In this document: positions 1 through 14,302 of the stretch, one piece after another
How positions within the stretch are numbered: the stretch's first letter is position 1
Layout: each line of letters begins with the position of its first letter
Assembly (NCBI GenBank): GCA_965235115.1
Contig: OZ249436.1
Coordinates: forward strand, 25,856,001 to 25,920,000
DNA length: 64,000 nt
Origin: Laetmonice hystrix
Lineage: Eukaryota
Direction: 5' to 3'
The notes under the pieces: model-generated
Databases searched by the model: none
Told to the model about the DNA's origin: nothing
The model's input: only the letters and a program-made list of their open reading frames with translations
Translations under genes and position numbers: made by a program

Positions 1-2096
1 CCATGACGTCAGAGGATATAGGTCAAAATAATGGACGTAAGGAAGAAGGGTCTATGGGAGATTATTATTCTATGAAAACTTTAAGAAACTATAGAATATG
101 GTTTGACGAAATGCCACTAAGTCTAAAATACAAATTACGTCCTGACGTCATGATGTGACGTCATATGACGTAATAGTTAGATGGGTCGATTCTCTCTGCC
201 ATGATGAATGTCCCTGCCAAGATTCATTTGGATATCTTTATAAATGACTGAGATAGATGCACAAATGCAAATTGGTTATATATCAATGACGTCATGATGA
301 CGTAAAACGTCACCCTATGTCATCGGTATTGGTGTCCTTTGATAGAGCATGTATGACTTACTATTAACTATATGGCTGCAATAGTAACCATCTGGTCTAT
401 CTGGCCCCCTTTAAGAGTTATAGCTCTTTAAAAAAATATTGGTTATAGGTCAATGATGTCATTATGACGTAATACGTCACCCTACGTCATCGATATTGGT
501 GTCAATGGAAAGAGCATGTATGACTTCCTATATGATCTCAATAGTAACCATGGCTCTATCTCGCTTCATTTTAGAGTTATAGCAATGTATATCTTGAATG
601 GTGAATTTTACCAACTTCAAGGTCACGTGGTACAGCGAAAATAGGTCAAATTGCTTATTCCATGCGGTTTTAAACAAAGCTCACTATAGAAGGCCTGGCT
701 ACCAAAAATTATCATATTTTCGCAAAAAATGGCAGAGGAGATACGATTTGAGCACTTTCGGACATGTGACCTACTTTCCCATGACATCAAAGGTCAAAGG
801 TCAAAATAAAGAAGAATAGTAAAAAGGGTCTATGCCCAATTACTAGGCTATGAAAAGTTGTGGGAAAGTATGGATTATTGCTTCAAGAAATGCCTATAAG
901 TCTAAAATGCAAAATACGTCATGACGTCATGACGTGACGTCGTATGACGAAATAATTACAGAGGTCGATTCTCTCTACCATGGTGAATGTCCCTGCCAAG
1001 TTTCATTTGGATATCTTTATCAATGACTGAGATACACGTGCAAATGCAACTACTCCAACTACGGGAATAATACGGAAGACGAAACCATACAACTTAGATG
1101 GATGGGATAATAATACGGAAGACGAAACCATACAATTTTAAGATCCCATCCCCCTATCGGGGGGATGGGATAACTAGACCTGTCGTGGATAAAACCACGA
1201 TGGATCCCATCCCTTGGGTGACATGATTTAATGAGGTCCGGATTATGACGTGTGATGTCACGATAGGTATTATGTCGTGGTGTTAATCAAAAGAACATGT
1301 GTATGACTGCCTATTTGTGTTGAATAGTAGCTATGGCTGTATCTTGGAAAGTTTATGACTAATAGTAAATGTAAATGACGTCATTGTCATATTATGATGT
1401 CACCCTACATCGTAAAGCTTGGTCTCAATTGAAAGAAAGTGCATGACTTCCTAGTAACCATAGTTATAGGCCCTAGAAAATATAGATGACGTCATTATCA
1501 TATGTCACACTACGTATAGTAGCCATGGCTCTATCTCCCACCGTTTAGGAGTTATAGGCCTTAGAAAATATTGATGACGTCATTATGACGTCATAAGTGA
1601 CGCTACGTCATTAAACTTGGCCTCAATTGAAAGAGCATCCATGACTTCTTATTTGTGTTCAATAGTTTAGGAGTTATAGCCCTGAGAAAAATACCTATGA
1701 CACCTTATCGATATTCTTCTGACGTCATAGGTCACGTGACCTAAAAAAATAATGGTGTCGAAGGAAAGAGCTATGACTTCATGTTAGTGTTAAGTAGGCC
1801 TAACTATGAATCTAAATCTATAAATCTTGGTGTCAATTGAAAGAGCATACAATATGGTTTCCAATTCCTGTTCAATAGTAACCATAGCTCCATCTTGCAC
1901 CGTTTACTAGTAATAGGCTTAAGAAAATAATGTTAACATCATTATAACTTTATACGTCATGCTCCTCCTTTCATGCAGGCACAGATCCAGCACTGAACGA
2001 AAGGAGGGGCACCAAAGGTGCGAGGTGAACGTTGGCGGGGGGGGGGGGGACTTGAATTTAGAAGGGAAAGAAAATGATAGATGTGAAGTTTCTTAA

Positions 2097-2623
2097 AGGG
2101 GCATATTATGAGGAAACGTGAAAAATCGGTATTTCAAAGAACTTTTGCTGTTTTCATAAAGAGATCCTTCATTAATATTGCTTGGTAAACAACAGACTTC
2201 TCAGTTTCAGTTTGTGTGAAAAATCGAAGTTTATGAAGCTTCCTTGCCCGCTTTTCTGCCGATTTCGTAAAATATTTTTTAGGTGGCATTCTGATGCCGG
2301 ACGATCGAGTGCAACTGCTGAATTGTTTACAACTAAGCGAAGCACGTGACTAAGCACATGCAGAGAGTGCACACGCAGGATGTGACACAGTATGCAATTA
2401 CACGGGTTAATGGGAGGTTGTCTATAGCAAATTATGGTGGGAGATGTGCTATCGGGAGAAATCTATAGGTTTGGTCGTATAGAATCTACTTGTGCTGCAT
2501 ACGCAGCGAAAACACGTCGGAGGACAAAATGCTGTGGTAGGATTATTTACTTGGATCCCTAGTACACGATCATGTTGGATAATTGCCGGAAATCCTCCAA
2601 AACGTGTTTCATAGCATGCCCCT
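2097..2623. mobile_element. Kolobok-like MITE
   Basis: TTAA TSD (2093-2096, 2624-2627); TIR AGGGGCATATTATGA / TCATAGCATGCCCCT; empty site in paralogous units near 18070 and 25560. Confidence 0.7.
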
Positions 2624-2710
2624 TTAAAGTATTTCAGGCGCGTGTCGGCAGGGGTCCGGGGTTTGGACCCCCTCCCCTGTTCCCCCAGAGCATAGATTCC
2701 TTTTCCCTTA

Positions 2711-3517
2711 TACTCTAGTCACACTAGAGGCGGAATGAGCCAGAATGCTGTCGGAATGAATATTCTTGGTATATTCCTGGATATTCAAAGCGCATTCTGA
2801 AAGTTCTGACTGCATTCTGTGTGCATTCCAAATATTCGGGCCCATTCTTGTGGCCGGCCCGAAGGTTTTGCTCATGCTCAAACATATCGACCTGCATTCT
2901 AAGTGTATTCTAATTGCACTCTGACTGCATTCTAAATATTCTTACGACATTCCAACAGCATTCGAAACATTCGGGTTGCATTCTTGGGAAAATCGAAACG
3001 GCAAGCCACTTCAAATCCTGCCAGAATGTTCCGAATGTGCCTCGAATAAGCTGGAATGCACCTTGAATGCGTCTCGATTGCTGCCGGAATCTATACTCGG
3101 GACATTCGTGTTACATTCTAAGTACATTCGAAGTGCATTCTAAGTATTCGAGCTACATTCTGTTTGAATTTTTGGAGGTTCGAACCATATTCAGCGGCCA
3201 TTCCGGGAGCGTTCTGACTGCATTTGAGGTGAATTCGTACAGCATTCGAGGCACCTTCCAACTAGACTTCGGGTGGTATTTGGGCAGCAATCGAACCGCA
3301 CTCGTCTGGCATTCGAGGTGCATTCTAAATATTCTGACTGCATTCTAACAGCATTCTAAATATTCCTACTGTGTTCCAACTACATTCGAGCTGCATTCGA
3401 GAGCAATTTTGGTCAATTTGAAATTCCCTCCCGAATGTGGCGCGAACTTTGAGAATTCTTCATTCCGGCTGGTTCTGCTTGATTCCTGCTGATTTCGAAT
3501 AAGTGTGACGGGGGTTT
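2711..3517. mobile_element. MITE, probably PIF/Harbinger-type, with GCATTC-rich interior
   Basis: Imperfect TIR ACTCTAGTCACACT / AGTGTGACGGGGGT in TTA/TAA context; absent from paralogs near 18155 and 25645. Confidence 0.55.
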
Positions 3518-5592
3518 AAAGATTCAATGAAACAACATCGAACAAACAGGTGCAAAGCATTCTGCCTATTTTAAACTGGTTGAGTGATGGATACACAAAA
3601 TATAATGCACTAAAAGGGTCCATAAAAGGCGGGAAAATCACGTCTAAGAGCTTCTAATGTAAAAACAAATTCCGAGACCACCCTGCTGAAAATCCTAGAC
3701 ACGTCGCTGTATTTAGACCTAGCCTAACAATAATATTTGTCAATTCTTCAAAAAGAAAGAGTGCAGATCCGCCCCTGACATGTCAAAAGAGATCATAGAG
3801 ATCTACTGCATGGTATATCTACCTATTTAGATATTTTAATCATTGTGGAAGGATACGTTATAATCGTAATTATATCTAGAGACTCTGATTGCCAAGCAAT
3901 ACAGGTAGGTCCCATTTCCCGAATGGTTTTCTATCATTACCTATATTTTTCTCTCATTTAATTATTGTCCCAACAAAAGCGTCATTTCCATTCACATGGA
4001 AGTTACTAAGTATCCTTTTGACATTATGAAATATTATAGTCCTGATGGATTATATGGATATATACCCGTTACGGGCATCATGTAAAATATGACAGACTCA
4101 AGAACAATAGGTGCGAATGTCATCCACACCAGGCTGTTGGCTCACGCTGAAACCAAGTGCAGCTGACCAAAAGTTTGTCGTGTCACTTGAACTCCACAAC
4201 CAACAATCAATAGTAGACTAGTGTTTTATTCAGCTCTCCTATATAAGATTCAAAAACAAATGCATTAGGCAGTTACACCTACAGTTCAAAGGCACAGCTA
4301 ATTCAGTTATGTCAGTTCTGAATACACAATCATATTCCTCCAACCAGACCCTGACTGGGAGGGAGGGAGGGGGGAGGCCGGCCGGCCGGCCCTTATCACC
4401 AGCATGCACTTACGTAACCCTCTGCCGACCATGGCCCTGGCTTCACAGCGGGTGATTAGTGTATTCAGAGATGCCACCTGTCAGAGTGTAAAAATATTAT
4501 TGTGAAGACTATACCCATTAAAACTTACAATTCTGGCCATATTACCTTTCCAAAACAAGAACTAAGCAGTCAGTGGTATACCTGAATCTATACACTTTGT
4601 AATTGTTGTATTTGTATATGGCTTAAACAGGTTTAAGGTAGAGCCTGTCAACGTCAGATTACATTATTTCATCATAAATAAAAAAGATATTGGTAAATTT
4701 ATGAAAAGAAATATGAAAAGTGACCAATCGTCAATAGCAGCACATATCTAGTGACCAAATACACGATTCCTATATAACTAAAGCAGTTTTAGAAAAAAAT
4801 GTCAAAAGTGACAAACTTTAAAGTCACGTGGTTCGGCGAAAATAGGTCAAATCGCTAATCCCTGCAATCATCTTGTGAACCTTTCGTTAGAGAGTCTTTC
4901 TGCTGAATATTGTCGAATTTTACCAAAAATAGAGAAGGAGAAGCAATTTAACCGATTTGTGACCAATGACCCAGTTCACCCTAAGGCCAAAGGTCAAAGG
5001 TCAAATCAAGGCTCAAATTGAGGCAGCACCTTTGGCCGATTATGAGGCCATGACGGGTTTTAAAAAAAAATTCCCAATATGAGCTTAAAAATGGCTTCAA
5101 TTTTCATAATACGTTTGACGTCATCACGTCATGACGTGACGTCACATGACGTTATGATTTGATGCCTGACCATACTTTCTCATTGTCAAGACGTGTGCCA
5201 AATTTCATTTAGATATTTTGAAAATTGACTGAGATAGACATACAAGTTTACTACTACTACTACTACTACTACTACTACAACTACGACGCCAAAAATAATA
5301 CAGACGACGAAACCACACAATTTCTAAATCCCATCCCCTCCGTAGGGGATGGGATAATAACTAGTCATGTCGTGGCAAGACCACAATGGATCCCATCCCC
5401 GGGGTGACATGTCCCTTCTGATATTGAGTTTGAGTAGAGTTACGTTCAAGGCAGACACTTACACATCTGTGATAGGCAGTGGTGTTTGTGAAGTGCCAGG
5501 TAAGGTGTCAAGTTATGGCTCTGAGAGAATATTGATGACATCCTTATGACGTCACAGTAACTATGGCTGTATCTTCAACCATTGACAAGTTA

Positions 5593-8500
5593 TGGCCCTG
5601 GGAAAATATAGGTGACATAAATATGACATTATAGGTCACGTGACCTACAAAATAAAGGTGGCAAAGGAAAGATCATATATAACTTTCTATATGTGTTCAA
5701 TAGTAATTATGTCTGTATCTTCAATGATTTACAACTTATAGCCCTGGGAAAATATTGGTGACCTTGTTATGACGTCATAGGTCAGTGACTTGAAAAATAT
5801 GGGTGCATAATGAAAGAGCATATATATATGACTTCCTATTAGTGTTTAATAGAAAATATAGCTGTATCTTCAACCATTTACAAGTTATGGCCCAGTGAAT
5901 ATATATGATGTCATAGGTCACGTGACATACAAAACAATGGTGCCAAATGAAAGACCATATATGACTTCCTATTCGTGTTCAATAGTAACTATGGCCCTAT
6001 CTGGCACCGTTTACCAGTTATAGCCCTAAGAAAATGTCAATGACATCCTTATGACGTCATAGGGCACGTGACCTGGAAAATGAAGGTGTGTAATGAAAGA
6101 CCATATATGACTTCCTATTCGTGTTCAATAGTAACTATGGCCATATCTGGCACCGTTTACAAGTTATAGCCCTGAGAACATATTGGCGACCTTGCTCTGA
6201 CGTCATACGTCACGTGACCTGGAAAATGAAGGTGTATAATGAAAGAGTACATATGATTTCCTATTAGTGTTTAATAGTAACTATGGCTCTATCTTTCACC
6301 ATTTACAAGTTATGGCCCTGGGAAAATATAGGTGACGTCGTTATGATGTCATAGGTCACGTGACTTACAAAATAATGGTGTCAAATAAAAGACCATATAT
6401 GACTTCCTATTCATGTTCAATAGTAACTATGGCCCTATCTGGCACCGTTTACAAGTTATACCCAGAAACATCTAAACTGTCTGCTGTTGAAAACTTTAAG
6501 GTCACGTGGTTCAGTATATATAGGTCAAATCGCTAATCCCTCTTTGTATGTTTTGAACCTTTCGATATAGAGTGGCAATGCCAGATATTGTCAAATTTTA
6601 CCAAGAAATGGGGATGGAGTAGCGATTCAACCCGATTCTGACCCAGGAGCCAGTTCTCTCTAAGGTCAAAGGTCAAATGAAGGGTCGACTTGAGACAGGA
6701 CCCTTGCCTGATTAAAACCCCGTAATGGATTTTGAAAATTTCGAATATGACCTTTAAAAAAATGGCCCCAATATGCAAGACACGTTTGACGTCATGACGT
6801 CATGACGTGACGTGTCGTGGCCCTGGGAAAATATAGGTGACATCAATATGACATTATAGGTCACGTGACCTACAAAATAAAGGTGGCAAAGGAAAGATCA
6901 TATATAACTTTCTATATGTGTTCAATAGTAATTATGTCTGTATCTTCAATGATTTACAACTTATAGCCCTGGGAAAATATTGGTGACCTTGTTATGACGT
7001 CATAGGTCAGTGACTTGAAAAATATGGGTGCATAATGAAAGAGCATATATGACTTCCTATTAGTGTTTAATAGAAAATATAGCTGTATCTTCAACCATTT
7101 ACAAGTTATGGCCCAGTGAATATATATGATGTCATAGGTCACGTGACATACAAAACAATGGTGCCAAATGAAAGACCATATATGACTTCCTATTCGTGTT
7201 CAATAGTAACTATGGCCCTATCTGGCACCGTTTACCAGTTATAGCCCTAAGAAAATGTCAATGACATCCTTATGACGTCATAGGGCACGTGACCTGGAAA
7301 ATGAAGGTGTATAATGAAAGACCATATATCACTTCCTATTCGTGTTCAATAGTAACTATGGCCATATCTGGCACCGTTTACAAGTTATAGCCCTGAGAAC
7401 ATATTGGCGACCTTGCTCTGACGTCATACGTCACGTGACCTGGAAAATGAAGGTGTATAATGAAAGAGTACATATGACTTCCTATTAGTGTTTAATAGTA
7501 ACTATGGCTCTATCTTTCACCATTTACAAGTTATGGCCCTGGGAAAATATAGGTGACGTCGTTATGATGTCATAGGTCACGTGACTTACAAAATAATGGT
7601 GTCAAATAAAAGACCATATATGACTTCCTATTCATGTTCAATAGTAACTATGGCCCTATCTGGCACCGTTTACAAGTTATACCCAGAAACATCTAAACTG
7701 TCTGCTGTTGAAAACTTTAAGGTCACGTGGTTCAGTAAATATAGGTCAAATCGCTAATCCCTCTTTGTATGTTTTGAACCTTTCGATATAGAGTGGCAAT
7801 GCCAGATATTGTCAAATTTTACCAAGAAATGGGGATGGAGTAGCGATTCAACCCGATTCTGACCCAGGAGCCAGTTCTCTCTAAGGTCAAAGGTCAAATG
7901 AAGGGTCGACTTGAGACAGGACTCTTGCCTGATTAAAACCCCGTAATGGATTTTGAAAATTTCGAATATGACCTTTAAAAAAATGGCCCCAATATGCAAG
8001 ACACGTTTGACGTCATGACGTCATGACGTGACGTGTCGTGGCCCTGGGAAAATATAGGTGACATCAATATGACATTATAGGTCACGTGACCTACAAAATA
8101 AAGGTGGCAAAGGAAAGATCATATATAACTTTCTATATGTGTTCAATAGTAATTATGTCTGTATCTTCAATGATTTACAACTTATAGCCCTGGGAAAATA
8201 TTGGTGACCTTGTTATGACGTCATAGGTCAGTGACTTGAAAAATATGGGTGCATAATGAAAGAGCATATATGACTTCCTATTAGTGTTTAATAGAAAATA
8301 TAGCTGTATCTTCAACCATTTACAAGTTATGGCCCAGTGAATATATATGATGTCATAGGTCACGTGACATACAAAACAATGGTGCCAAATGAAAGACCAT
8401 ATATGACTTCCTATTCGTGTTCAATAGTAACTATGGCCCTATCTGGCAACGTTTACCAGTTATAGCCCTAAGAAAATGTCAATGACATCCTTATGACGTC

Positions 8501-9252
8501 ATAGGGCACGTGACCTGGAAAATGAAGGTGTATAATGAAAGACCATATATGACTTCCTATTCGTGTTCAATAGTAACTATGGCCATATCTGGCACCGTTT
8601 ACAAGTTATAGCCCTGAGAACATATTGGCGACCTTGCTCTGACGTCATACGTCACGTGACCTGGAAAATGAAGGTGTATAATGAAAGAGTACATATGACT
8701 TCCTATTAGTGTTTAATAGTAACTATGGCTCTATCTTTCACCATTTACAAGTTATGGCCCTGGGAAAATATAGGTGACGTCGTTATGATGTCATAGGTCA
8801 CGTGACTTACAAAATAATGGTGTCAAATAAAAGACCATATATGACTTCCTATTCATGTTCAATAGTAACTATGGCCCTATCTGGCACCGTTTACAAGTTA
8901 TACCCAGAAACATCTAAACTGTCTGCTGTTGAAAACTTTAAGGTCACGTGGTTCAGTAAATATAGGTCAAATCGCTAATCCCTCTTTGTATGTTTTGAAC
9001 CTTTCGATATAGAGTGGCAATGCCAGATATTGTCAAATTTTACCAAGAAATGGGGATGGAGTAGCGATTCAACCCGATTCTGACCCAGGAGCCAGTTCTC
9101 TCTAAGGTCAAAGGTCAAATGAAGGGTCGACTTGAGACAGGACCCTTGCCTGATTAAAATCCCGTAATGGATTTTGAAAATTTCGAATATGACCTTTAAA
9201 AAAATGGCCCCAATATGCAAGACACGTTTGACGTCATGACGTGACGTGTCGT
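5593..9252. repeat. Three near-identical tandem copies of a ~1221-bp unit (higher-order repeat)
   Basis: Unit starts TGGCCCTGGGAAAATATAGG at 5593, 6818, 8039; near-identical spurious ORFs at 6533/7754/8975 and identical ones at 6954/8175, spaced 1221 bp. Confidence 0.95.
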
Positions 9253-11183
9253 GACGTCATGATTGATTGTGTGACCTGACTTTGTCATGGTCAAGATCTG
9301 AGCCAAGTTTGATTGAGATATCTTGAAAACTGACTGAGATAGACGCACTGTTTACTACTACGACTACAACGCAAAGAACTAGTCATGTCGTGGCAAGACT
9401 ACGATGGATCCCATCCCCGGGGTGACATGTCCTTTCTGATATTGAGTTTGAGTAGAGTTACGTTCAAGGCAGACACTTGCCGACACATCTGTGATAGGCA
9501 GTGGTGTTTGGAAAGTGCCAGGTAAGGTGTCAAGTTATGGCCCTGAGAGAATATTTATGACATCCTTATGACGTCATAGTAACTATAGCTGCATCTTCAA
9601 CCATTTACAAGTTATAGCCCAGGGAATATATAGGTGACCTCCTTATGACGTCATAGGTCACGTGACGTACAAAACAATGGTGTAAAATGAAATACCATAT
9701 ATGACTTCCTATTCGTGTTCAATAGTAACTATGGCCCTATCTGGCACCGTTTACAAGTTATAGCCCTGCGAAAATATTGGCGACCTTGCTATGACGTCAT
9801 AGGTTACGTGACTGGAAAATTATTTGTGCATAATGAAAGAGCATGTATATATGACTTCATATTACGGTTTACTAGTAACTATGGCTCAATCTTCAACTAT
9901 TTAAAAGTTATAGCCCGGAAAAATGCCAATGACATTCTTATGACGTCACAGGTCACGTGAACTGGAAAATGAAAGTGTATAATGAAAGAGCATATATGAC
10001 TTCTTATTCATGTTTAATAGTAATTATGGCTCTATCTTCAACGATTTACAAGTTATAGCCCCCAGAAAATATTGGTGACCTTGTTATGACGTCATAGGTC
10101 ACGTGACATGAAAAATTATGTTGACAAACAAAACAGCATATATATATGACTTCCTATTAGTGTTTAATAGTAACTATGGCTCTATCTTCAACCATTTACA
10201 AGTTATAACCCTGGCAAAATGCAGGTGACCTCCTTCTGACGTCATAGGTCACGTGACCCAAAAAATAATGGTGTCAAATGAAAGACCATATATATGACTT
10301 CCTATTCGTGTTCAATAGTAACTATGGACCTATCTGGCACCGTTTACAAGTTATAGCCCTTGGAAAATATTGGCGACCTTGCTCTGACGTCATAGGTCAC
10401 GTGACCTGGAAAATGAAGGTGTATAACGAAAGAGTATATATGACTTCCTATCAGTGTTTAATAGTAACTATGGCTCTATCTTCAACCATTTACAAGTTAT
10501 GGCCCTGGGAAAATATAGGTGACGTCGTTATGACGTCATAGGTCACGTGACCTACAAAATAATGGTGTCAAATGAAAGACCATATATGACTTCCTATTCA
10601 TGTTCAATAGTAACTATGGCCCTATCTGGCATCGTTTACAAGTTATACCCATAAATATCTAAACTGACCGCTGTTGAAAACTTTAAGGTCACGTGGTTGA
10701 GTAAATATAGGTCAAATCGCTAATCCCTCTTTGTATGTTTTTAACCTTTCGATGTAGAGCGGTACTGCCAGATATTGTCAAATTTTTCCAAGAAATGGGG
10801 AAGGGGTAGCGATCCAACCCGATTCTGACCCAGTAGCCAGTTCTCCTTCAGGTCAAAGGTCAAAGGTCAAATGAAGGGTCAACTTGAGACAGGACCCTTG
10901 CCTGATTAAAACGCCATGATGGGTTTTGAAAATTTCGAATATGACTTTAAAAAAATGGTCCCAATGTGCAAGACACGTTAGACGTCATGACGTGATGATG
11001 TGACGTGACGTCACGTCATGATTGATTGTGTGACCTGACTTTGTCATGGTCATGATCTGAGCCAAGTTTGATTGAGATATCTTGAAAAATGACTGAGATA
11101 GAAAACGAAATGTTTACTACTACTACTACTACAGCGCAAAGAACTAGTCATGTCGTGGCGAGACCACGATGGATCCCATCCCC

Positions 11184-11758
11184 AGGCATCTTGAGTTGTC
11201 AAGGGGCATCGCGCATCCTGCATTCTACCCCTTGAGTGCAGCCTATGCTAACCGGGCGGAAGTTGACCCTGAGGTCAACCTTATGAATATTAATAGGACC
11301 TGTCATCGGCGCTCCACCTGCACTAACGGTCCCACCGAAGGCTTACTTCTCGCAAAAATGCCTGATAGCCTTGCACAGGTCGCTGATAAACAAATGTGTC
11401 GCTCCCTAACAATACAGTTAGTTATAGTGTGTGTCCTTGCAGCCCTGTCAACTCAAAGTTGTTCCTCTCACTGTCACTATAGTGTCAGGATTAAATGCCT
11501 ACCCGTTGCTGCTATCGTTGGCTTCGCCATTGCTTCGACAACAATAACTTTACCGTGGGAACGTTCCCATTGGCTAACCAGAAATGCACTCTAATTTTTA
11601 TGAATCGCGCCACAGGCAGTGCTCCAATCTCATGGCGCGGCCGCAGACGGGGAAACACGTGGCGCTGCGAGGAACGCGTTTCTAAGAATAGACGGGCAGG
11701 CGGGAGGGGGATGAATCAACTGCAAGTGCAAAGGTTCAACCCCGAGCGGGGGAGGATG
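11184..11758. mobile_element. Unclassified ~575-bp insertion in a HINE sub-TIR
   Basis: Splits GGATCCCATCCCC|GGGGTGACATG (intact at 5388 and 9406); ATCCCC duplicated at 11178-11183 and 11759-11764. Confidence 0.75.
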
Positions 11759-13756
11759 ATCCCCGGGGTGACATGTCCTTTCTGATATTGAGTTTGAGTA
11801 GAGTTACGTTCAAGGCAGACACTTCCTGACACATCTGTAATAGGCAGTGGTGTTTGGGAAGTGCCAGGTAAGGTGTCAAGTTATGACCCTGAGAGAATAT
11901 TTATGACATCCTTATGACGTCATAGTAACTATGGCTGCATCTTCAACCATTTACAAGTTATAGCCCAGGGAATATATTGGTGACGTCGTTAAGACGTCAT
12001 GGGTCACGTGACTTACAAAACAATGGTGCCAAATGAAAGACCATATATGACTTCCTATTCGTGTTCAAGAGTAACTATGGCTCTATCTGGCAAAGTTTAC
12101 AAGTTATAGCCCTGAGAAAATGTCAATGACATCCTTATGACGTCATAGGTCACGTGACCTGGAAAATGAAGGTGTATACTGAAAGGGCATATATGACTTG
12201 CTATTAGTGTTTATTAGTAACTATGGCTCTATCTTCAACCATTTTCAAGTTATGGCCCTGGAAAATATAGGTGGCGTCGTTATGACGTCATAGGTCACGT
12301 GACCCAAAAAATAATGGTGTCAAAGGAAAGACCATATATGACTTCCTATTCGTGTTTAATAGTAACTATGGCCCTATCTGGCACCGTTTACAAGTTATGG
12401 CCCTGAGAACATATTGGCGACCTTGCTCTGACGTCATAGGTCACGTGACCTGGAAAATGAAGGTGTATAATGAATGAGTATATATGACTTCCTATCAGTG
12501 TTTAATAGTAACTATGGCTCTATATTCAACCATTTACAAGTTATGGCCCTGGGAAAATATAGGTGACGTTTATGACGTCATAGGTCACGTGACCTCCAAA
12601 ATAATGGTGTCAAATGAAAGACCATATATGACTTCCTATTCATGTTCAATAGTAAGTATGGCCCTATCTGGCACCGTTTACAAGTTATACCCATAAATAT
12701 CTAAACTGACTGCTGTTGAAAACTTTAAGGTCACGTGGTTCACTAAATATAGGTCAAATCTCTCTTTGTATGTTTTGAACCTTTCGATGTAGAGGGGTAC
12801 TGCCAGATATTGTCAAATTTTTCCCAGAAATGGAGAAGGGGTAGCGATTTAACCCGATTCTGACCCAGTAGCCAGCTCTCCTTAAGGTCAAAGGTCAAAT
12901 GAAGGGTCAACTTGAGACAGGACCCTTGCCTGATTAAAACGCCATGAGGGGTTTTGAAAATATCGAATATGTCCTTTAAAAAAATGGCCCCAATGTGCAA
13001 GGCACGTTTGACGTCATGACGTGACGTGCCGTGACGTCATGATTGCTTGTGTGAACTGACTTTGTCATGGTCAAGATCTGAGCCAAGTTTGATTGAGATA
13101 TCTTGAAAACTGACTGAGATAGAGGTACTGTTTCCCAGCGGGCACAGCACGTGGCAATCAAGTGTAATCCACGTGGTTTTGCCACGTGGCAAACTGGTGG
13201 TATGTGTAAACTAAATTCACGTGATTTCATCACGTGGCAGAAATCACGTGTAATCCACGTGGTTTTGCCACGTGGCAATCACGTAGCAAACTGGTGGTAT
13301 GTGTAAACTAAATTCACGTGATTTCATCATGTGGCATACACGTGGCAGAAATCACGTGTAATCCACGTGGTTTTGCCACGTGGCAATCACGTGGCAAACT
13401 GGTGGTATGTGTAAACTAAATTTCCGTGATTTCATCACGTGGCATACACGTGGCAAAATCACGTGAATTCACCACCAGTTTCCCACCAGGCAAAATTCGT
13501 GAATTTCCCGTGGAGTACACGTGGATATGACCCGTGGAATACAGGTTGGGAAACTGTATGATATGTAGATATGTCCATTTGCATTACAAGTGTCATTTTC
13601 CATGTCATATCACCCAGTTTTCCATTTCTCCAGCTTTCCACATCATACGCACCGTGGGTGTGATATCCGGCTATTTTTAGCCATTATATTGCCGCCATAA
13701 TTGAGTGGTCAGTCACTGACTCCGAGGCCCGTATGCCTTTTTCGCGAAGATGCCGG

Positions 13757-13824
13757 GCACTGGTGGGATTCGAACCGTGGATCTCCTGATGAGAAGTCTG
13801 CGTCTCTGCCCATTCGGCCACGCT
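13757..13824 (-). other. tRNA-derived (SINE-head-like) sequence with Pol III A and B boxes
   Basis: Minus strand GCGTGGCCGAATGGGCAGAGACGCAGACTTCTCATCAGGAGATCCACGGTTCGAATCCCACCAGTGC; A box TGGCCGAATGG, B box GGTTCGAATCC; stems degenerate. Confidence 0.55.
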
Positions 13825-14302
13825 TGTAGGTTGTAATTTGCACGGTTGGAATCCTAGCTGTTTTTCCTCGTCTTGCTATCAATAAACCCCCTCGGTAACG
13901 CGCGGGGGTTCATTGATAGCACCACTCGATTGATTATTTTTCTCTCAATAAAATCCTCTACTTTGTCTCGTATTTTTTCTCCATTTGTCAATTCAGAACA
14001 TTTACCATAAACCCCTTCGCTAACGCTCGGGGCTTTCAGTGATAGTACCCGTAAGGTAATGGGGGGTATTTCGCTAGGAAAAAGAAATCGTCCGGAAAAC
14101 CATCTAGATTCATTTAGATTTACACCACCGCCGTAAAGATTTACACCACCGCAAAGTTCCTAACTTCTTGATATATTGTTTGCTTTTGAGATTGCAATAT
14201 AACAAATTCCCTAGATTTTTGGGCCTCCTTAGCGTCAGCCCTGTATACACACACACAAAGCTGACGAGTTGGCTACGAATGATCCTGTTGCCAGTACTGT
14301 TA

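Larger units (their letters stand above)
5560..12700. repeat. Clusters of ~146-bp core tandem repeats of HINE units
   Basis: GA(C/T)TTCCTATT...AATAGTAACTATGG recurs at 5963, 6109, 6255, 6401 (period 146); same repeat at 9560-10650, 11900-12700, 37000-37310, 46200-46490 and inverted at 58960-59360. Confidence 0.85.

Noticed and set aside
5225..5407. Poly-Tyr/Thr ORFs (also 17618, 22117, 36554)
   Set aside because: Translation of the (ACT)n microsatellite
6533..13000. Repeated 60-90-aa ORFs (MHIGAIF..., MTYDII...)
   Set aside because: Fortuitous frames in duplicated non-coding HINE sequence
13757..13824. Functional tRNA gene
   Set aside because: Acceptor and anticodon stems do not pair well; treated as a tRNA-derived relic
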